Shown in pieces: positions 27,330 to 37,799 of a stretch of 64,000 nt of DNA; within the stretch, counting starts at the first letter, position 1, and each line of letters starts with the position of its first letter. The stretch lies in contig JBOFEA010000015.1 of the NCBI GenBank assembly GCA_051647535.1, forward strand, positions 11,058 through 75,057, read 5' to 3'. The stretch comes from Brevinemataceae bacterium (lineage in GTDB: Bacteria; Spirochaetota; Brevinematia; Brevinematales; Brevinemataceae). Under the pieces are notes generated by a model. The model worked only from the letters and a program-made list of their open reading frames with translations, had not been told where the DNA came from and ran no database searches. A program made the translations under genes and the position numbers.

Positions 27330-28511
27330 ATGCATTCTTTTTTGAATACTCTACCACATTGGACAGACATATTAGAAATCAATAACAGTATTTTTGAAAG
27401 CTTTGACCTACAGCGATTTGCTTCTGCAGAAGATGAAGGCAGAACAGAAGAACCTTCCGAGTCGAAAAAACGCAAATCCCGTGAAGAAGGAAACATTCCT
27501 CTTTCACAAGAATTAATTGGAATTATAGTATTTTTAGCAGTCTTTTTTACCGTTGTTATTTTTTGGAAATACTTTTTCGATTCGCTTTTCAGATTAATGA
27601 AGCAAAGTTTAAATAGTATTGACTCGGCAGTTCTTTCGCAAAATAATGTCCAATCTCTTATGACAACACTACTGTATGATATATTAAAAATTTTGGGTCC
27701 TATATTTGGAATTGCAGTATTAAGTACGTTAGCGGCATCATTAGCACAAACCAAATTTTTATTTTCCATCAAAAAGATTTCTCCGGATTTCAAACGGGTA
27801 TTTGGAAATATTTTACCCAATTTAAAAAAAATGTTTTGGTCAAAACAGGCATTATTTAATTTAGGCAAATCAATGGCTAAAGTGATTGTTGTATTTGGAA
27901 TTGCATTTATTTTTCTTGTAAACGATTTGGGACAAATCATATCATATATTCATATGGAAAATAACAAAGCTTCAGGGCTTATGTTTGGATTGATTGTGAA
28001 ATTCACAGGATTTTCAGGAATTATTCTATTAATTTTGGCAGTGATTGATTATATTTTTCAATACCGGGAATACATTGAGTCTCTAAAAATGACCAAACAA
28101 GAAGTTAAAGAAGAATTCAAAGAACAAGAAGGAAATCCGGAAATCAAACAAAAAATCCGCCAATTAGAAAGCAAATTAGGATTAAGAAGAATGATGTCGG
28201 CAGTACCTTCAGCCGACGTCATTATCACAAACCCAACCCACTATGCCGTTGCAATAAAATATGATAGATCATATATGAATGCACCGATTGTTGTAGCCAA
28301 AGGAACAGACAGAACAGCATTAAAAATCAGGGAAATCGCCCGTGAAAATAATATTCCTATTCATGAAAACAAACCGCTTGCTCGAGGATTATACGGTTCT
28401 GTGGATGTAGGGGACGAGATTCCATATGAATTTTACAAAACTGTTGCTGACATTCTATCGCTTGTATATACAAAATCGCCCCTATCTCAAAGAAATGTTC
28501 CTATAAGTTAA
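27330..28511 (+). CDS. flhB: Flagellar export switch protein FlhB
   Basis: EEDEGRTEEPSE.KK.K.REEG N-terminus, MTKQEVKEEFKEQEGNPEIK, NPTHYAVAIKY autocleavage site. Confidence 0.9.
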   Translation: MHSFLNTLPHWTDILEINNSIFESFDLQRFASAEDEGRTEEPSESKKRKSREEGNIPLSQELIGIIVFLAVFFTVVIFWKYFFDSLFRLMKQSLNSIDSAVLSQNNVQSLMTTLLYDILKILGPIFGIAVLSTLAASLAQTKFLFSIKKISPDFKRVFGNILPNLKKMFWSKQALFNLGKSMAKVIVVFGIAFIFLVNDLGQIISYIHMENNKASGLMFGLIVKFTGFSGIILLILAVIDYIFQYREYIESLKMTKQEVKEEFKEQEGNPEIKQKIRQLESKLGLRRMMSAVPSADVIITNPTHYAVAIKYDRSYMNAPIVVAKGTDRTALKIREIARENNIPIHENKPLARGLYGSVDVGDEIPYEFYKTVADILSLVYTKSPLSQRNVPIS

Positions 28512-28599
28512 CAATAATTGCCAAAAAAACGTTTTTACACTAAACTAATACATATTTGAATTTCAAAACTATGCTTTTTTTTTTTAAGAAGGATTTATT

Positions 28600-30693
28600 A
28601 TGGCTGAATCTCAAACACAAGTTGGAATCCAACATGGATTGAAAGCACTAAATACAATATCAAAAAATTCGGATATTTTTGTAGCATTAGCAGCAATAGG
28701 AAGCGTCTTAATGCTGATTATTCCTATTCATCCGATTTTACTGGATTTCTTTTTGATGCTTAATTTATCAATGTCATTTTTAATTATTCTTTCCACGCTT
28801 TATGTACGAAAACCGTCAGAGTTTTCCGCATTCCCAACATTAATATTATTTTCAACGGTGTTCGGACTTGCATTGAACGTATCTTCAACACGATTGATTC
28901 TAACTAAGGGAAATGCCGGCAATATTATTACTGCATTTGGAAATTTCGTTGTTTCGGGAAATTTGATTGTTGGATTTATCATATTTATCATTTTGCTTGC
29001 GATTCAGTTTTTAGTCATTACCAAAGGTGCCACACGTGTATCGGAAGTAGCAGCACGTTTTGCACTGGATGCCATGCCGGGCAAACAGCTTGCTGTTAAT
29101 GAAGATTTGAATTCCGGAGCAATCAACGAAGAAGAAGCAAGAAAAAGACGGAACGAATTAACAATGGAAGCAGGATTTTACGGTTCTATGGATGGTGCGT
29201 CCAAATTCGTATCCGGAAACGTTCAAATGGCGGCAGTTGTGCTTATTGTAGACGTGGTTGGTGGATTAATTATAGGTATGACGAACGGTATGGATATAGG
29301 AGCTGCTGCAGACAGGTATATTACACTTACAATTGGTGACGGATTGGTTTCACAAATTCCATCACTCTTAATTTCTGTTGCAACAGGTATTATTGTCACT
29401 CGAAATTCCGCTAATGAAAAATTTGCGGCTGATGTAGCAAAACAAGTTGTCATGCTTCCTAAAACTCTTTTTATTACCGGCGGATCTGTTATTTTTATGG
29501 GTATTTTACCCGGATTTCCGTTTATGCTGTGTTTTTTCATCGGCATCCTCATGATAGGTTCCGCATATATTATGAACAAAGCCGAATCGGAACAAAAAAA
29601 TCAAGCAGTTATTGACAAAGAAATGGCCGATCAACAATCCGCAGCCCAACCTACCATTCAAGATATTCTTCACGTAGATCCAATGAGTATGGAAATAGGA
29701 TACAGCTTGATTCCTCTTGTTGACAAATCGCAAGGCGGAGATCTCTTGGAACGTATCAAATTAATGAGACGTCATATAGGTTTGGATATAGGAATTCTTG
29801 TACCGCCGATACGTATAACCGATAACGTAAGTGCAGATGTACAAGAATATATTATTAAAATTCGAGGTACCGAAATCGGAAGAGGAAAAATATTTCCCAA
29901 CCGTTTGCTTGCAATGAATCCTAAAAAAGATCTCGCCCTTATCGAAGGAATAGAAAGTTTGGAACCGGCATTCAATCTTCCTGCAAAATGGATTGTTCCC
30001 GAAGACCGTGCTAAAGCCGAACTCCAAGGATTTGATGTTTTCGATCCTCCATCTGTTGCAGCTACCCACTTAACAGAATTAATCCGTAAAAATGCCTTCG
30101 ACCTTTTAACAAGGCAAGATGTTCAAAATATGATGGATGCCCTTCATAAAGAATATCCAACCGTTGTAGACGATGCATTAAGAAACTCAAATATAGGTGA
30201 AATTCATAAAATTCTTCAAAATCTGCTTAAAGAACGTATTAAAATTCGAAACATGGTGCCCATTTTGGAAACTATTGCCGACTATCGTACGGGTATGCCT
30301 CATTTAGACGCTCTAACCGAACAAGTCCGCGAAGCTATGAGCCGGCAGATTATATCCGATCCATCTATAAGCAATAATAATACTATAAAAACCTTATTAT
30401 TAGACAGCCACTGGGAAAAAATTCTCAGCGAATCCGTGGAAGATACTCCTCAAGGATATGTGTCCACACTAGATAACGAATATATGAATCGATTTATCCA
30501 CTCAGCAGGACAAATAATTGAACAAAAACTTAGTGAAGGAATCAATCCTATTATTATATGTTCCAAAAGAATCAGAAGATTAGTAAGAGAAATACTTTCC
30601 CATTCTTTCCCAAGTACTAATATTATTGCTTATTCGGAAATACCCCCAAATATCAATATAGAGCAATTAGGTCTTATACCTTACCAAAATTAA
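28600..30693 (+). CDS. flhA: Flagellar export gate protein FlhA
   Basis: 697 aa, FLVITKGATRVSEVAARFALDAMPGKQ, ITLTIGDGLVSQIPSLLIS, and the cytoplasmic C-terminal domain. Confidence 0.92.
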   Translation: MAESQTQVGIQHGLKALNTISKNSDIFVALAAIGSVLMLIIPIHPILLDFFLMLNLSMSFLIILSTLYVRKPSEFSAFPTLILFSTVFGLALNVSSTRLILTKGNAGNIITAFGNFVVSGNLIVGFIIFIILLAIQFLVITKGATRVSEVAARFALDAMPGKQLAVNEDLNSGAINEEEARKRRNELTMEAGFYGSMDGASKFVSGNVQMAAVVLIVDVVGGLIIGMTNGMDIGAAADRYITLTIGDGLVSQIPSLLISVATGIIVTRNSANEKFAADVAKQVVMLPKTLFITGGSVIFMGILPGFPFMLCFFIGILMIGSAYIMNKAESEQKNQAVIDKEMADQQSAAQPTIQDILHVDPMSMEIGYSLIPLVDKSQGGDLLERIKLMRRHIGLDIGILVPPIRITDNVSADVQEYIIKIRGTEIGRGKIFPNRLLAMNPKKDLALIEGIESLEPAFNLPAKWIVPEDRAKAELQGFDVFDPPSVAATHLTELIRKNAFDLLTRQDVQNMMDALHKEYPTVVDDALRNSNIGEIHKILQNLLKERIKIRNMVPILETIADYRTGMPHLDALTEQVREAMSRQIISDPSISNNNTIKTLLLDSHWEKILSESVEDTPQGYVSTLDNEYMNRFIHSAGQIIEQKLSEGINPIIICSKRIRRLVREILSHSFPSTNIIAYSEIPPNINIEQLGLIPYQN

Positions 30694-30767
30694 ATTATAA
30701 TAAAAATTGCAAAAAAAACATATATGTATTATACTAATAAGAATTACACAAAAATAACGAGGTATTA

Positions 30768-32171
30768 ATGCGTTACCGTACATTCAAAGGAAAAACAAAA
30801 CAAGAAGCATTTGCCCAACTGAACATTGAAAAGCAACATGATCCCGACCTCAAAGAAGCAAGACTAATAAAACATTCAGAAGAACAGGTTTCTTCGTTCA
30901 TGGGTCTAAAAAAAGAAACCGTATACGAAATTGTAGTCGGAATTCCCGAACATATTATTTCGGTATCAAAAACTCCCGAAAAAACAAAATCTTTATCTTC
31001 CAGAACATCCACTAAAGAGAATTCGAAATTCAGTTCTATTGAACAAAATGTTATCAAAAAAAGATATAATCCGGAAATTCAAGAAACTTTATTTGCGTTA
31101 GAAAATGTTTCTCGTGTTGCTGAACAAATTTCTCAATTGGAGCATTCTCAAAAACGTACGGCAACTGCTTCAAAAAAAAATGGAACGGTTTCTTCGATTC
31201 CATTAGGAACAGCTCATAAAAAAATTCAAGAATTTGATCAATTGAAAGGCGAATTAAACTCTATTAAAAGTGAAGTACAGAATATACAAAATTTATTATT
31301 TTCACACATGCAGACAACAAAATCAACTTCATTTCAAAATCAAGTAATTGAACAAATTCAAGAAGAACAAAGCCTTCCTAATGATTATGAAATTTATAAA
31401 CAGCATCTTCGTTGGATAGAACATTATTTAAGTGAAAGAGAATTTTCACCATTCTTTATTGAAGAACTAAAGCAAGAACTTCAGAAATATGAAGAATTAT
31501 TAAAAAATAAGAACGAAATTATTCAATTTACAAAGCAAATGTTATTAAATAACATTCCGGTTTCTTCAATCAATTTAGATAATTATCAATTTGGTAATAC
31601 TGTTATTTTTATAGGTTCAACTGGAGTCGGTAAAACAAGCTCTATTGTCAAACTAGCAGCTCATCTTGCATTAATGAGAAAAAAATCTTTTCGATTTATC
31701 TCCATTGATCGATATAAAGTAGGTGGCGAAACTCAATTGGAAAAGCTCGCCGAATATATGAAAGCTGATTTTCATGCTATCAATCGACAAGAAGAATTTT
31801 TTGAATTATTAGAAGATCACTCAAAAGATTTTACATTTATTGATACTGCAGGAAAAAGTCCAAAAGAATTAATTGTCATTCAAGAATTAGCTCATTGGAT
31901 TGACTTAATCAAAAATCATGTTAATATACATTTAGTAGTTAGTGCTTCAACAAAAACAACAGATTTAGAATATATTTTCGATTCATATTCATTAATTAAT
32001 TATCATCATATTTTAATAACTAAATTAGATGAAACCAAAACTTATGGTTCAGTATTGTCAATTGCATATAAATACAAAAAACCTTTTTCATTTTTGACAG
32101 ACGGGCAAGAGATTCCTCAAGATTTTGCAATAGCAAATATAGCTGGCTTAATTGACGATGCATTGGCATAA
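30768..32171 (+). CDS. flhF: Flagellar biosynthesis SRP-type GTPase FlhF
   Basis: C-terminal NG domain with IFIGSTGVGKTSSIVKLAA, IDTAGKSP, ITKLDET. Long low-complexity N-terminal region. Confidence 0.85.
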   Translation: MRYRTFKGKTKQEAFAQLNIEKQHDPDLKEARLIKHSEEQVSSFMGLKKETVYEIVVGIPEHIISVSKTPEKTKSLSSRTSTKENSKFSSIEQNVIKKRYNPEIQETLFALENVSRVAEQISQLEHSQKRTATASKKNGTVSSIPLGTAHKKIQEFDQLKGELNSIKSEVQNIQNLLFSHMQTTKSTSFQNQVIEQIQEEQSLPNDYEIYKQHLRWIEHYLSEREFSPFFIEELKQELQKYEELLKNKNEIIQFTKQMLLNNIPVSSINLDNYQFGNTVIFIGSTGVGKTSSIVKLAAHLALMRKKSFRFISIDRYKVGGETQLEKLAEYMKADFHAINRQEEFFELLEDHSKDFTFIDTAGKSPKELIVIQELAHWIDLIKNHVNIHLVVSASTKTTDLEYIFDSYSLINYHHILITKLDETKTYGSVLSIAYKYKKPFSFLTDGQEIPQDFAIANIAGLIDDALA

Positions 32172-32187
32172 AAAGGAGTATTAAGAC

Positions 32188-33078
32188 ATGGGTATACTTG
32201 GATCTGATCAAGCTGAAGGGTTAAGAAGAATCATGGAACAAGATAATTCTCGAACTCGTATTATTACAGTGACATCCGGAAAAGGTGGCGTAGGAAAAAG
32301 TAATTTTGCATTAAATTTAGCAATCACTTTAGCAAATATGAAAGATGGCAACGGATATCATCCTAAGCGAGTTATTCTTATGGATGCTGATTTAGGATTA
32401 GCTAATATTAATGTGTTATTAGGACTGATACCCAAAGCCAATCTTTATCATGTACTAAAAGGACAGAAAACTCTACAAGAAATTATTATACCTACATCAT
32501 TTGGAATAGATTTAATTGCCGGAGCATCAGGACTTAGTCAATTAGCAAATCTAGAAGAATCAGAACGTATAAATTTTATTACAAGTTTATTACAATTAAA
32601 TTATGCTGATTTCTTAATTATAGATACAGCTGCCGGTGTTTCTTCTAATGTGACACAGTTTGCGGCAATTTCTCATGAAACTATTGTAGTTACTACTCCG
32701 GAACCTACTTCCATCACAGATGCTTACGGTGTCATTAAGTCAATTTCTCTAGAAAATGACTATATTCCCAGTTTAAAACTTGTGATTAATAGAGCTCAAT
32801 CCCAACGAGAAGCTGAAAAAGTTGCTGGAAAAGTAATAGCAATTACTAACCAATTTTTAAATATTAAATTAGAACCGTTAGGATTTATATTAGAAAATTC
32901 TTTGATACCTACTGCTGTAAGAAAGCAAATTCCATTTTGTGTACTAAATCCTTCTAGCAATATTTCACTAAGTATAGAAAACATTGCTAGAAAAATTCTT
33001 AATATTGACCCTTTTACTCAGCAAAAAGCACCTGGTTGGAAACAGTTATTAAATTATTTAATAGGAAGCAATTCTTAA
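32188..33078 (+). CDS. flhG: MinD/ParA-type ATPase FlhG (YlxH/FleN)
   Basis: Deviant Walker A VTSGKGGVGKSNFALNLA, DADLGLANI. It immediately follows flhF. Confidence 0.85.
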   Translation: MGILGSDQAEGLRRIMEQDNSRTRIITVTSGKGGVGKSNFALNLAITLANMKDGNGYHPKRVILMDADLGLANINVLLGLIPKANLYHVLKGQKTLQEIIIPTSFGIDLIAGASGLSQLANLEESERINFITSLLQLNYADFLIIDTAAGVSSNVTQFAAISHETIVVTTPEPTSITDAYGVIKSISLENDYIPSLKLVINRAQSQREAEKVAGKVIAITNQFLNIKLEPLGFILENSLIPTAVRKQIPFCVLNPSSNISLSIENIARKILNIDPFTQQKAPGWKQLLNYLIGSNS

Positions 33079-33079
33079 A

Positions 33080-33643
33080 ATGAAATTTATGTTATGGATG
33101 ATATTATCAAGTTTACCCATACTTTTTATATCAAATCTCTATGCGGAACCATTTTCGTTTTTGGATATTTCATTAGGGTTATCTAAAAATCAAATTATCT
33201 CTAACATACAAAATTCAGAGGATTTGATTCTCAAAACAGATGACATATACAATCAATTAGTCTTAAATAATTCATATACTTTGGTTCTACAAGGAAAACC
33301 TAAACAATATCGTTTGATAGAAAATATCGTCATTGATTTTTTTGAAGAAAAAAGCTATCAAATTACTATCTTTTTCAATAAAAATTATATTTCTTTTTTA
33401 ACATTATCACAAACTCTTGAAAAAAAATATGGAAAAGCTTCGGATAGAAATGCAATTAAAGCATTCTGGAAAGGTAGTAATAATAATTCTTGCATATTAA
33501 TATTAGAAGCTCCAGCAATAATTAAAATATTAGAAGAGACAGAAATGAATAAAGTACTTATGTCTCAACAGCAAAAAATAGAAAATCTTAAAGCGGATAT
33601 TCCTATTAACAAACAAAGAACAAGAATTTTAAATGAATTATAA
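33080..33643 (+). CDS. Hypothetical secreted/membrane-anchored protein, last gene of the fliP-flhG operon (positional FlgV candidate)
   Basis: It starts 1 nt after the flhG stop. N-terminal hydrophobic segment MILSSLPILFISNLYA. No recognised motif. A terminator follows directly. Confidence 0.45.
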   Translation: MKFMLWMILSSLPILFISNLYAEPFSFLDISLGLSKNQIISNIQNSEDLILKTDDIYNQLVLNNSYTLVLQGKPKQYRLIENIVIDFFEEKSYQITIFFNKNYISFLTLSQTLEKKYGKASDRNAIKAFWKGSNNNSCILILEAPAIIKILEETEMNKVLMSQQQKIENLKADIPINKQRTRILNEL

Positions 33644-33676
33644 AAAAAAATCCTTATTAAATAAGGATTTTTTTTT
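33642..33676. terminator. Bidirectional intrinsic terminator between the flagellar operon and the convergent opp operon
   Basis: AAAAAAAAATCCTTAT-taa-ATAAGGATTTTTTTTT. Confidence 0.75.
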
Positions 33677-34649
33677 ATAATTCATTGGAGATAAGATTCT
33701 TATGATGAATACAAGCACATATATGATTTGATCCAACAGATTCCATAGGAGGATCAACTTGAAAACATTGTTGAGAAGCATACATACAACGAGGAGCAAA
33801 CCGACAATGTAAGGGAGGATCAATAGGAGAAGTGATTTCACCTTTCAACTTAATTCTTTCAAAAGGGATATTCAAAGATGGGATAGCAATAGCTGACAAT
33901 AAAGCTTGAGTATATGGATGCTTAGGAGAAGCAAATAGCTGTTCAGAAGCGGCTTTTTCAACAACTTTACCTAAATACATCACCAATATTTCATCAGCAA
34001 AATGTTTAACAATAGAAAGATCATGAGTAATAAAAAAGTATGTTAATTTAAATTCTTCCTGAAGATCCTGCATCAAATTAAGAACTTGAGCTTGAATAGA
34101 CACATCTAAAGAAGATACAGGCTCATCACAAACAATAAATTTTGGTTGCAAAACTAATGCTCTACCTATTCCGACTCTTTGACGTCGCCCTCCATCTAAT
34201 TCATGAGGATAAGAGTTAATCAAACTTCGTGCTAATCCGACAGTATCCATAACTTTATGAATTTTTTCAGTCAATATACGACTATTTCTACGCTCAAAAT
34301 CATTTACAATTAAAGGTTCGGCAATAGTTTCACCAACTGTCATACGAGGATTCAAAGAAGCGTAAGGATCTTGGAAAATAAGTTGCATATAGCGACGCAT
34401 CCTCCGCATATCTTTGTGAGAAAGTTTTAAAATATCTTGTCCTTCAAATAAAATATGTCCTGCATCTGGTTCAATCAAACGGAGCAACAAACGACCAGTA
34501 GTTGATTTACCACATCCTGATTCACCGACAACACCTAGTGTTTTACCTTCCGGAATAGAAAAAGAAATATTATCAACGGCATGTACAATTCCATTAGGAG
34601 TTGGAAAATATTTTTTTAAATTATTAACCTCTATTAACAGTTTACTCAT
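33675..34649 (-). CDS. oppF: Oligopeptide/dipeptide ABC transporter ATP-binding protein OppF
   Basis: Walker A GESGCGKST, signature LDGGRRQRV, C-terminal oligo_HPY PKHPYTQALL and Cys-rich tail. Confidence 0.85.
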   Translation of the reverse strand: MSKLLIEVNNLKKYFPTPNGIVHAVDNISFSIPEGKTLGVVGESGCGKSTTGRLLLRLIEPDAGHILFEGQDILKLSHKDMRRMRRYMQLIFQDPYASLNPRMTVGETIAEPLIVNDFERRNSRILTEKIHKVMDTVGLARSLINSYPHELDGGRRQRVGIGRALVLQPKFIVCDEPVSSLDVSIQAQVLNLMQDLQEEFKLTYFFITHDLSIVKHFADEILVMYLGKVVEKAASEQLFASPKHPYTQALLSAIAIPSLNIPFERIKLKGEITSPIDPPLHCRFAPRCMYASQQCFQVDPPMESVGSNHICACIHHKNLISNEL

Positions 34650-35641
34650 GACAAACCTCCAAGCTGTTTTTTAACCAAACCTTCATAAATTAAACACTGT
34701 ACAACATGTTCATTACCGATAGACGTTGTAATAGGAGACTGGTGACTGCATGATTCATTTGCATAAGGACAGCGAGGATGAAAAATACATCCGGAAGGAA
34801 GGTTAATAGGATCAGGAGTAAGACCTTTAATAGGATTTAACCGCCGGACATTGTGAGCAAGATTAGGAATTGAACCAAATAACCCTTCCGTATAAGGATG
34901 TTTAGGATTATTAAAAATATCCTGTACGGTTCCGTATTCGGCAATTTTACCTGCATACATAATAGCTACATAATCACACACATGAGCAACAACACCTAGA
35001 TCATGAGTAATAAGAATCATAGCTGTATTCAGTTCTTTTTGAAGTTCCTGCATCAATTCCAGTACTTGAGCTTGAATCGTGACATCTAAAGCAGTTGTAG
35101 GCTCGTCTGCAATAATAAGCTTAGGATTACACGCCAATGCCATTGCGATAACTACACGTTGTTTCATACCGCCTGAAAATTGGTGTGGAAAATCATACAT
35201 ACGTTGTTTTGGTATTCCTACCAACTCCAACATTTCTTCTGCTCTTTTTATAGATCCTTCGTTGGAAAGATTTTGATGCACATGTATTACTTCTACGATT
35301 TGTTCACCTATTGTCATTACAGGATTTAAAGAAGTCATAGGATCCTGAAAAATCATTGAAATCTGCCCGCCTCGAACAGCTCGTATATCTTCATCAGACA
35401 TTGATAAAATATCTGTACCTAAAAAGTTTATACTACCGGAAACAATCCGTCCCTGAGATTTTGAAATAAGACGCATAATACTCAATGCTGTTGTTGTTTT
35501 ACCGGCTCCTGTTTCACCGACTAACCCAAAGGTTTCACCGGCTCGAACAACCAAATTTAATCCATTAACAGCATGAACAATCCCTAATTCGGAATTATAT
35601 TCAACACAAAGATCTTTAATTTCTAATACAACTTCATTCAT
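34646..35641 (-). CDS. oppD: Oligopeptide/dipeptide ABC transporter ATP-binding protein OppD
   Basis: Walker A GETGAGKTT, FSGGMKQRV, PKHPYTEGL. 4-nt overlap with oppF. Confidence 0.85.
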   Translation of the reverse strand: MNEVVLEIKDLCVEYNSELGIVHAVNGLNLVVRAGETFGLVGETGAGKTTTALSIMRLISKSQGRIVSGSINFLGTDILSMSDEDIRAVRGGQISMIFQDPMTSLNPVMTIGEQIVEVIHVHQNLSNEGSIKRAEEMLELVGIPKQRMYDFPHQFSGGMKQRVVIAMALACNPKLIIADEPTTALDVTIQAQVLELMQELQKELNTAMILITHDLGVVAHVCDYVAIMYAGKIAEYGTVQDIFNNPKHPYTEGLFGSIPNLAHNVRRLNPIKGLTPDPINLPSGCIFHPRCPYANESCSHQSPITTSIGNEHVVQCLIYEGLVKKQLGGLS

Positions 35642-35650
35642 AACATCTCC

Positions 35651-36751
35651 TTATTTCAACCGAGGATCCAAAGCATCACGCAATCCGTCACCTAATAAAT
35701 TTAAAGACAAAATAGATAACATAATTGCAACACCCGGATACGTTGTGACACCAGGAGCGTTTCTCATAAAGTTCCGACCACCAGCAAGCATTGATCCCCA
35801 CTCCGGATCCGGAGGCTGAATACCCAAACCAATAAAACTCAGTCCGGCAATATTAAGAATTGCACTGGCAACTCCTAAGGTTCCTTGTACAATAATAGGA
35901 GACAAAACATTAGGAATAACATGTTTAATAATAATATAAATGTCATTAGCTCCAATAGCATGTGCAGCTTCAATAAATTCCTGACTGCGAATAGAAAGTA
36001 CAGAAGCTCTAACAATTCTTGAATAAATAGGAATTGTTGAAATAGACAACGCAATAACCAAATTAGGCAAACTTGGTCCTAACGCAGACACAACAGCAAT
36101 TGAAAGAAGAATAGAAGGAATTGCTAAAAACACATCCATAATCCTCATAACCAAATTATCAAGCCATCCACCAAAATATCCTGCTACCGCACCAAGAAAT
36201 CCACCAATCATAATAGAAATAAAAACTGAAATAAAACCTATAGATAATGAAATACGTGTTCCATGAACAATACGAGCAAAAATATCTCTGCCCAAATCAT
36301 CTGTTCCCAACCAATGAGCCCAGCTTACTCCTTGAAATGCTTGAGAAAGATTTTGTTTAATAACGACTTCTTCATAATTTGCAATAAAGTCTGCATAGAC
36401 AGCTATCAAGGCTAAACAAATAAGTATAATAAAACCTATTACTGCCATAGTATTTCTTTTTAATTGAGAGACAATAGATTTCAATTGCGAGCCAAACATA
36501 TAAGAAAAAAGAATATTCATAAATACGACAACTAACAACACACGAGCTGTCAATGCTGTAAAATGAAAAACTTTCGCAAACAAATTAATATTTCCATTAA
36601 CAGTTTGAAACGCAAGAACACCATAATTCATTACCAGATCAAAAGATATTATAAAAAAACTAATCCCGCAAAAAATACAAAAAGCTTTATAAACAATAGG
36701 ATTTTTGATTATTTGTTGAATAAAATTTTCCGAGTGATTCAATTCGCTCAT
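35651..36751 (-). CDS. oppC: Oligopeptide ABC transporter permease OppC with a roughly 95-aa N-terminal extension carrying extra TM segments
   Basis: BPD_transp_1 core (EAAHAIGANDIYIIIKHVIPN). AAGGAG lies 6 nt upstream of ATG 36751, which supports the long form. Confidence 0.8.
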   Translation of the reverse strand: MSELNHSENFIQQIIKNPIVYKAFCIFCGISFFIISFDLVMNYGVLAFQTVNGNINLFAKVFHFTALTARVLLVVVFMNILFSYMFGSQLKSIVSQLKRNTMAVIGFIILICLALIAVYADFIANYEEVVIKQNLSQAFQGVSWAHWLGTDDLGRDIFARIVHGTRISLSIGFISVFISIMIGGFLGAVAGYFGGWLDNLVMRIMDVFLAIPSILLSIAVVSALGPSLPNLVIALSISTIPIYSRIVRASVLSIRSQEFIEAAHAIGANDIYIIIKHVIPNVLSPIIVQGTLGVASAILNIAGLSFIGLGIQPPDPEWGSMLAGGRNFMRNAPGVTTYPGVAIMLSILSLNLLGDGLRDALDPRLK

Positions 36752-36765
36752 AAAACTCTCCTTGA

Positions 36766-37707
36766 TTATTTATAACGTGATTTAATTCTAGGATCAGCAA
36801 AAGCATACATAATATCAACAATTAAATTCACTATACTAAATGCTATCGCTAAAAAGATGACAACACCCATAACTCGAGGTGTATCCTTCTGCCTTATGGC
36901 CTCTACCAACAAACGTCCTACTCCCGGCCAAGAAAATACAGTTTCAGTTAAAATAGCACCGCCCAATAAGGTACCAAATTGAATTCCTATTACAGTAATA
37001 ATAGGAATTAAAGCATTTTTTAATGCATGGCGAAAAATAACAGTATGTTCATCCAATCCTTTAGCACGAGCAGTTTGTATATAATCTTGTCTAATAACAT
37101 CAAGCATTGAGGATCGAGTCATACGAGTAATAATTGCTGCCGACATAATCCCTAAACTGAAAGTCGGTAAAATAAGAGCTTTAAAGCCATTCCAAGAAAA
37201 TGAAGGTTGACCAACTGCAGGAAGTAAATGCCATTTTAATGAAAATTGTAGAATAAGCATTAATCCCAACCAAAACACCGGCATAGAAACTCCTATTAGT
37301 GTAAGAAGCATGATACCGCTGTCCCATAATGAATATTGCTTAACAGCCGTAAATACCCCAATAGGAATCGCAATAATAACCGCCAAAAATATAGCAAAAA
37401 CTGTCAACACAAGTGTATTTGGAAAACGAGACCAAATTTCCTGAGCTACTAAAACATTACTTGTATAAGAACGTCCTAAATTTCCTTGGACAGCCATTGA
37501 AATATATTGAAAATATTGAATAATAAACGGTTTATCCAACCCTAATTCCTTTCTTTTTGCATCTAAGGCTTCCGGTGACGCACTTTCTCCCAAAATAAGC
37601 TGAGCCGGATCTCCCGGAGTCATTGACATGATAGAAAACACAACAAAAGATATTCCTAAGATAACAGGAATCAACATTAAAAATCTATTCATAACATATC
37701 TTATCAT
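36766..37707 (-). CDS. oppB: Oligopeptide ABC transporter permease OppB
   Basis: MIRYVMNRFLMLIPVILGISFVVF start, DYIQTARAKGL EAA-loop motif. Confidence 0.85.
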   Translation of the reverse strand: MIRYVMNRFLMLIPVILGISFVVFSIMSMTPGDPAQLILGESASPEALDAKRKELGLDKPFIIQYFQYISMAVQGNLGRSYTSNVLVAQEIWSRFPNTLVLTVFAIFLAVIIAIPIGVFTAVKQYSLWDSGIMLLTLIGVSMPVFWLGLMLILQFSLKWHLLPAVGQPSFSWNGFKALILPTFSLGIMSAAIITRMTRSSMLDVIRQDYIQTARAKGLDEHTVIFRHALKNALIPIITVIGIQFGTLLGGAILTETVFSWPGVGRLLVEAIRQKDTPRVMGVVIFLAIAFSIVNLIVDIMYAFADPRIKSRYK

Positions 37708-37799
37708 AGAAATCTCCTAACTAAAATATAACCTTATTCAAACTGTGATAATTTTTTATAAATAAACATTTCTAATAGCAAAAAATCACCAATAGAATA

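Noticed and set aside
27263-27940. A 225-aa ORF antisense to the 5' part of flhB, unusually long for an AT-rich genome
   Set aside because: The sense frame encodes a fully conserved FlhB N-terminus. The antisense product has no SD, no motif and a composition typical of a shadow ORF. Its length follows from the codon bias of the sense gene.
31171-31179. An A9 homopolymer inside flhF and a T11 run upstream of flhA (about 28573-28583), considered as possible phase-variation tracts
   Set aside because: Runs of this length are frequent in a genome this AT-rich. The reading frames are intact, and nothing in a single sequence indicates length variability.
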